The notes under the pieces: model-generated
Told to the model about the DNA's origin: nothing
The model's input: the letters and a program-made list of their open reading frames with translations, nothing else
Databases searched by the model: none
Assembly: GCA_010093705.1 (NCBI GenBank)
Contig: MU006089.1
Coordinates: 2,405,561-2,469,560 of the forward strand
Direction of reading: 5' to 3'
Source: Patellaria atrata CBS 101060
Lineage: Eukaryota
DNA: 64,000 bases
Position numbers and translations under genes: made by a program
In this document: positions 60,128 through 64,000 of the stretch, one piece after another
Layout: each line of letters begins with the position of its first letter
How positions within the stretch are numbered: the stretch's first letter is position 1

Positions 60128-62077
60128 TGCAGGATCTCTTTCTCCAGTGTCATTGACAACAAGCATCGCTATACGACAATGTGCTCATTCAAGGCCTTAG
60201 CTCCCGACAATGCCGACCCCAAATTCGCATCGAACGGTATCTGAGCCCCATCCCGTCCATCCCGAAGAAAAGCCGAATTGCGCCGAGGTGCCGAACATCG
60301 TCTCGATATCAATCGATCGTGCTTTTCCGAGCATTAAAATCCCTTTTTCCTTTTCTTTCATGTCACAGTTTCTTCTAGCTCTAGGAGAACAACTTATACG
60401 ACATCATGACCTTTATAACCTGTTTTTCTTTTCTCTCCAACTATAACTAGGGTTCGACTGGATGTGTGGTTTACTTGGCGTTGTAGGCTACATGCTCTCG
60501 ATTCGGGAAATGGGAGCTTTGATCTCCTTTTCGTGGAAGCGGTAGCTGTGTACTGTAGTATTTTTCTTTTACAGTTACTTGTGTCATGTAGGTCTTGATC
60601 GAGGTTAGTTCTTGCTCCCTACCGGCTGTGAATCAAATTCAATCTCGAACTTTCCTATGATCTCCCATTTCTGAATCTTCCCATGTGAAAAGAAGTGCTG
60701 TTGTTCATGTTCCTGTGCGATATTGATACAATTTATTTGCACGTACGGCCAGGTCATCTGTTATCAGAACATCTCGTTCCCCATCAGCGCATTCTTCCCC
60801 TCCCGTACGCTCCCTCTTCCAATCATCCAAGAAAGAGAAGGATACGTGGGATGCGTCAAGCAGTAATATACTTACCGTACCGGTCCTCCCTCTTCCTAAC
60901 TCCACTTACAGGAACCTGATCACCGTGAACGAAAGTCCAGGATTCCTGTCTATAGAATTGTAGATCAAGATTAGCCTTCGAGCTCTTCACATTTGAAACC
61001 ATTCTGGATCCGCTTCGCATAGGACAAAGCAGTCAACCAGGCTGCCAGCTGCCTCACTCAGATAAATCCACCCAGCATCCTCCATGAACTGAGACAATAT
61101 CCTACCGCAGTCGTCACGGAGCTATTCCCATGGTTACAGGTCCGAGGAGTCTACATATCATTAAATCTCATCTCATGTCTTACAGTACATTTGCGTAGAA
61201 ATCCAGCCATCCATATAAACTAGCCCTTTCAGACTATTTTATTCACCCACCTAGCTATATATGTCCAAGAAACCCTTTGTCGATTATCTTTGTCCTCTGG
61301 GATAAGTCGGTAGTTCCTGTTTTATGTAGTGAGTGTAGAAGGTAGGGGGGAAGATGCGTCTTTCTGTATCAGGTGTGATGGACTGGGATGTTCGATCGTG
61401 TGGGTGGTTAGGTGAGAAGTTCCGCTTTGTACTGTACTGTATAAGATAGTTAACAGTTTTCCTCCAACTGCGGTCATCCGATTGCTTGTACCGTACACTT
61501 TATCTCTCCATACCACAAAATTTATGTAAATATACCTACCTCTCGCGACCTTACTCCTCCATCTCGGCAAATGTGAGGGGGATATATCCCATAATTACAC
61601 ACGTGAGTCTCATCCATACACTTGTGAAATATAGACAACGTGGTCCTGGTGGCTTTTACAAGAGCTCTTAGTTCGTGAGCGACTAACAATGTTATCATTT
61701 ATTCATAAGTGGGTATTGTGATAGAATAGAGTCCAGCTATAAAAGGACTTTTCCTCTTGTATTCTACATTGAACGAGCATAACCGCCAGAACCGCCTGAA
61801 TTTGATAATGAGGAATGTAAATCGTACATCTAAATGACCGCTAGAACCGCCTAAACTTGATATTGTGGAATGTAAATCCTGCAATCTGAGTGAACAATTT
61901 CTGAACTCGTATTGTACATGAACAATCTCAGTCATAACCGCCAAGATTCCATGTCAGAGGATGTCAACCGTTTATCCTGAGTATAGACTCCCATAAAGCC
62001 CATGCTGCAATTTCAAAAGGGCTTCCCCCGTACCAATCAATCAATCAATTTAGATTCTCCTTATTCTGGTGGGGTTC

Positions 62078-63690
62078 CTATTCATATCGAAATTGACGTT
62101 CTACTTCGTCCCTGTCATGTTTCGCTCGCTTCCTGTAGAAGATGTCAGTGAACATGTTAATATTACTAGTCCAGATTAGACACAAAATGTTGTCCATATG
62201 TCAATACCAAACAAGCTCAGTACTCCGACAACCCTGTAAAAATACATCGTTTCATAAGAGGAAATTGGGTTTGGAAATAGAGAAGATACGTACTTTTCGT
62301 CTCCCAGGAGATCATATGCTCCCTGTACAATTTTAAACCTCTCTGTTGCCCCATCAATGTCATCCTGATTTTTATCGGGATGGTGTTCAATCGCAAGTCT
62401 CTTGTACGCGCTCCTGATATCTGCCATGGAAGCGTTCCTCCGTACCTGTAGTACGGCATATGGGTCGTTGCGGATTGCCTGTAGACGCACCGTACGTGGA
62501 TCTAATTGTGGAGGTGCAGGAGAAGGATATGGCGCTGATTCTCTAGCGGCAGCCTTCTTGTTTCTTCTCTGGTGTTCGCGTTCCGAATTCTGCTTCTTGC
62601 AGTTTGGTTCCTCATCGCAGTTTTTCCTCTTTCTGCCATTGCCCCCAGCACTCTGTTGTTGTTGTTGTTTCTGCTGTTGCTGTTTGCACTCTTGCTCGGT
62701 ACGGGACGTATTGGGGTTTGTATGGTGCGTACGAGACGAATCTTGGTGCTTAGGGGAAGTGCGCTCCTTGTATGCATCGTTTTCCGTTTTCGGTTTCTTT
62801 CGTGGTTCTTCTTCCGTTCCACGCTTGTTGCATGCTTCTTCCCAATCACGCTTCTTCCGTGCTTGATCTTCCATGTCACTTTTCTTCTTTGCCTCTCTTT
62901 CCTTTTCGCGCCGCTTTCGGTCTTGATTTCCTAGTTCCTGATAGAACTCTGTGAGATTCATGTAGCGCCGGGCCGAGACAAACCTCGCAGATTCGTTAGT
63001 GGTGGGGTTAGGGATGTGATCTTTGGTTCCCTCGTGTTCGTCGACCGGGGACTCACTAGCTTTGGAACGATCAGTATTTGGGGACTGAAGGCACTCAGAG
63101 GATGGAACGTCCCCAGGCCGCTCCTTTGTACGCTGAGGCTCCGGTGGTACCTGGCTGTCGGGCGGAGTACTTGCAGTGTTTGGCGGCGACGAACCTGGAT
63201 ATGACCATGGGTTACACCCACTCAGTGGAGGCCATATCCGAAAATTTGCTCCACCTGGTGTGAATAATGGCGTAGCGAGCGCTCTCCTCCGTGGTCTGTG
63301 GAACATGGCTTCCCACACATCTGGGATATACGGCATAGGAATATGGAATGCAACAGGAACACGAGGCGCGCGGAAGCGGATCTCCACGACACCTAATGTC
63401 ATAGATCTGACTATTCCGAGGATTCGGAAATGTTCGTCCAGGGTGACGAATGCGGTTCCATCGCACAATCCTTGGTACACCTCGATAATTCGCTCGAAAC
63501 CAGCATGATATTCGGGACCGTACCCGTCCAAGAGATACGGGAGTAAGCATGTATGTAGATCAGCGGCGAGATTTGGCACGTTGTTCTGAGCTACTCGGAA
63601 AAGAATCGGGCACTCAGACCGAAGATGGAGTTCTTCAGTAGCTATGCACATAGGGCATACCTCGAGCAATTGGTGGAGCGGGAGACTCAT
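62078..63690 (-). CDS. Protein with a C-terminal DnaJ (J) domain and an orphan N-terminus; intron 62133-62293
   Basis: DPYAVLQV...IRSAYKRLAIEHHPDKN...FKIVQGAYDLLGDEK, and splicing completes helix IV as KRAKHDR...YE*. A charged/polyQ linker precedes it. First ATG at 63690. Confidence 0.82.
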
Positions 63691-63740
63691 AATAATGCTG
63701 TGTATAAGAGATGTCAAGGTTTTGGTGGTAGTATGATGAT

Positions 63741-63795
63741 GTTTTGCTGATAGTACGACGCGGTTTTGCTGATAGTACGACGAGGTTTTGATGAT
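63741..63795 (+). repeat. 22-bp tandem duplication (~2.5 copies) just upstream of the J-domain gene
   Basis: gttttgctgatagtacgacgcg / gttttgctgatagtacgacgag / gttttgatgat. Confidence 0.8.
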
Positions 63796-64000
63796 GATAT
63801 GGAGACGATTTGATTTAAAAGAAAAGTGTTGTCAAAAATCGAGAGTTGGCGGAGGGAGAAGTGTCAGGTTGGTTGAAGGTCGAGATCAGATATTATAAGG
63901 TAGGATATTTCAGCGCGGAGGGGGCAAAGTGCGTGCTCACGTGGTTTGCTTATGCAAAATATCGAGGTAAATATTGAGGTTAAGGTAGCATCGGGGTACC

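Overview
This is eukaryotic genomic DNA from a filamentous ascomycete (Pezizomycotina). Short GT-AG introns with CTRAC/CTAAT branch sites, a kapC-like bZIP gene and a codA/badA pair support that call. I built about 26 protein-coding gene models by hand from the ORF track plus splice signals. Conserved genes are RNase H2 subunit B and MCM10 (divergent, with an MCB box), RRP3 and SSF1 (divergent ribosome-biogenesis pair), a CSN8/PSMD8/eIF3K-like protein, a PAQR/IZH membrane protein, ATG11, a CENP-H-like kinetochore protein, NHP6, SEC11, an MFS monocarboxylate-type transporter, a divergent betaine aldehyde dehydrogenase/choline oxidase pair followed by an aldo-keto reductase, SIP5, a Kelch protein, ERG25, kapC and a C-terminal J-domain protein. 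There is also an intron-containing tRNA-Gly(CCC). An accessory-looking patch at about 23.7-29.5 kb holds a frameshifted BTB-like gene and two tandem orphan genes that share an N-terminal motif I do not recognise. A stand-alone HeLo-like (STAND N-terminal) gene lies at 52 kb, and several short RIP-like repeat relics are scattered through the window. I found no intact transposon, CRISPR array or rRNA gene, and nothing that proves a new biological system. The best leads are the tandem orphan family, a hidden alternative last exon of ATG11, the lone HeLo-like gene, -KL C-termini on both betaine enzymes, an ERG25 start codon split by an intron, and an over-represented intergenic TACWGTA palindrome. 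All family assignments come from recognising motifs by eye; no database search was run.
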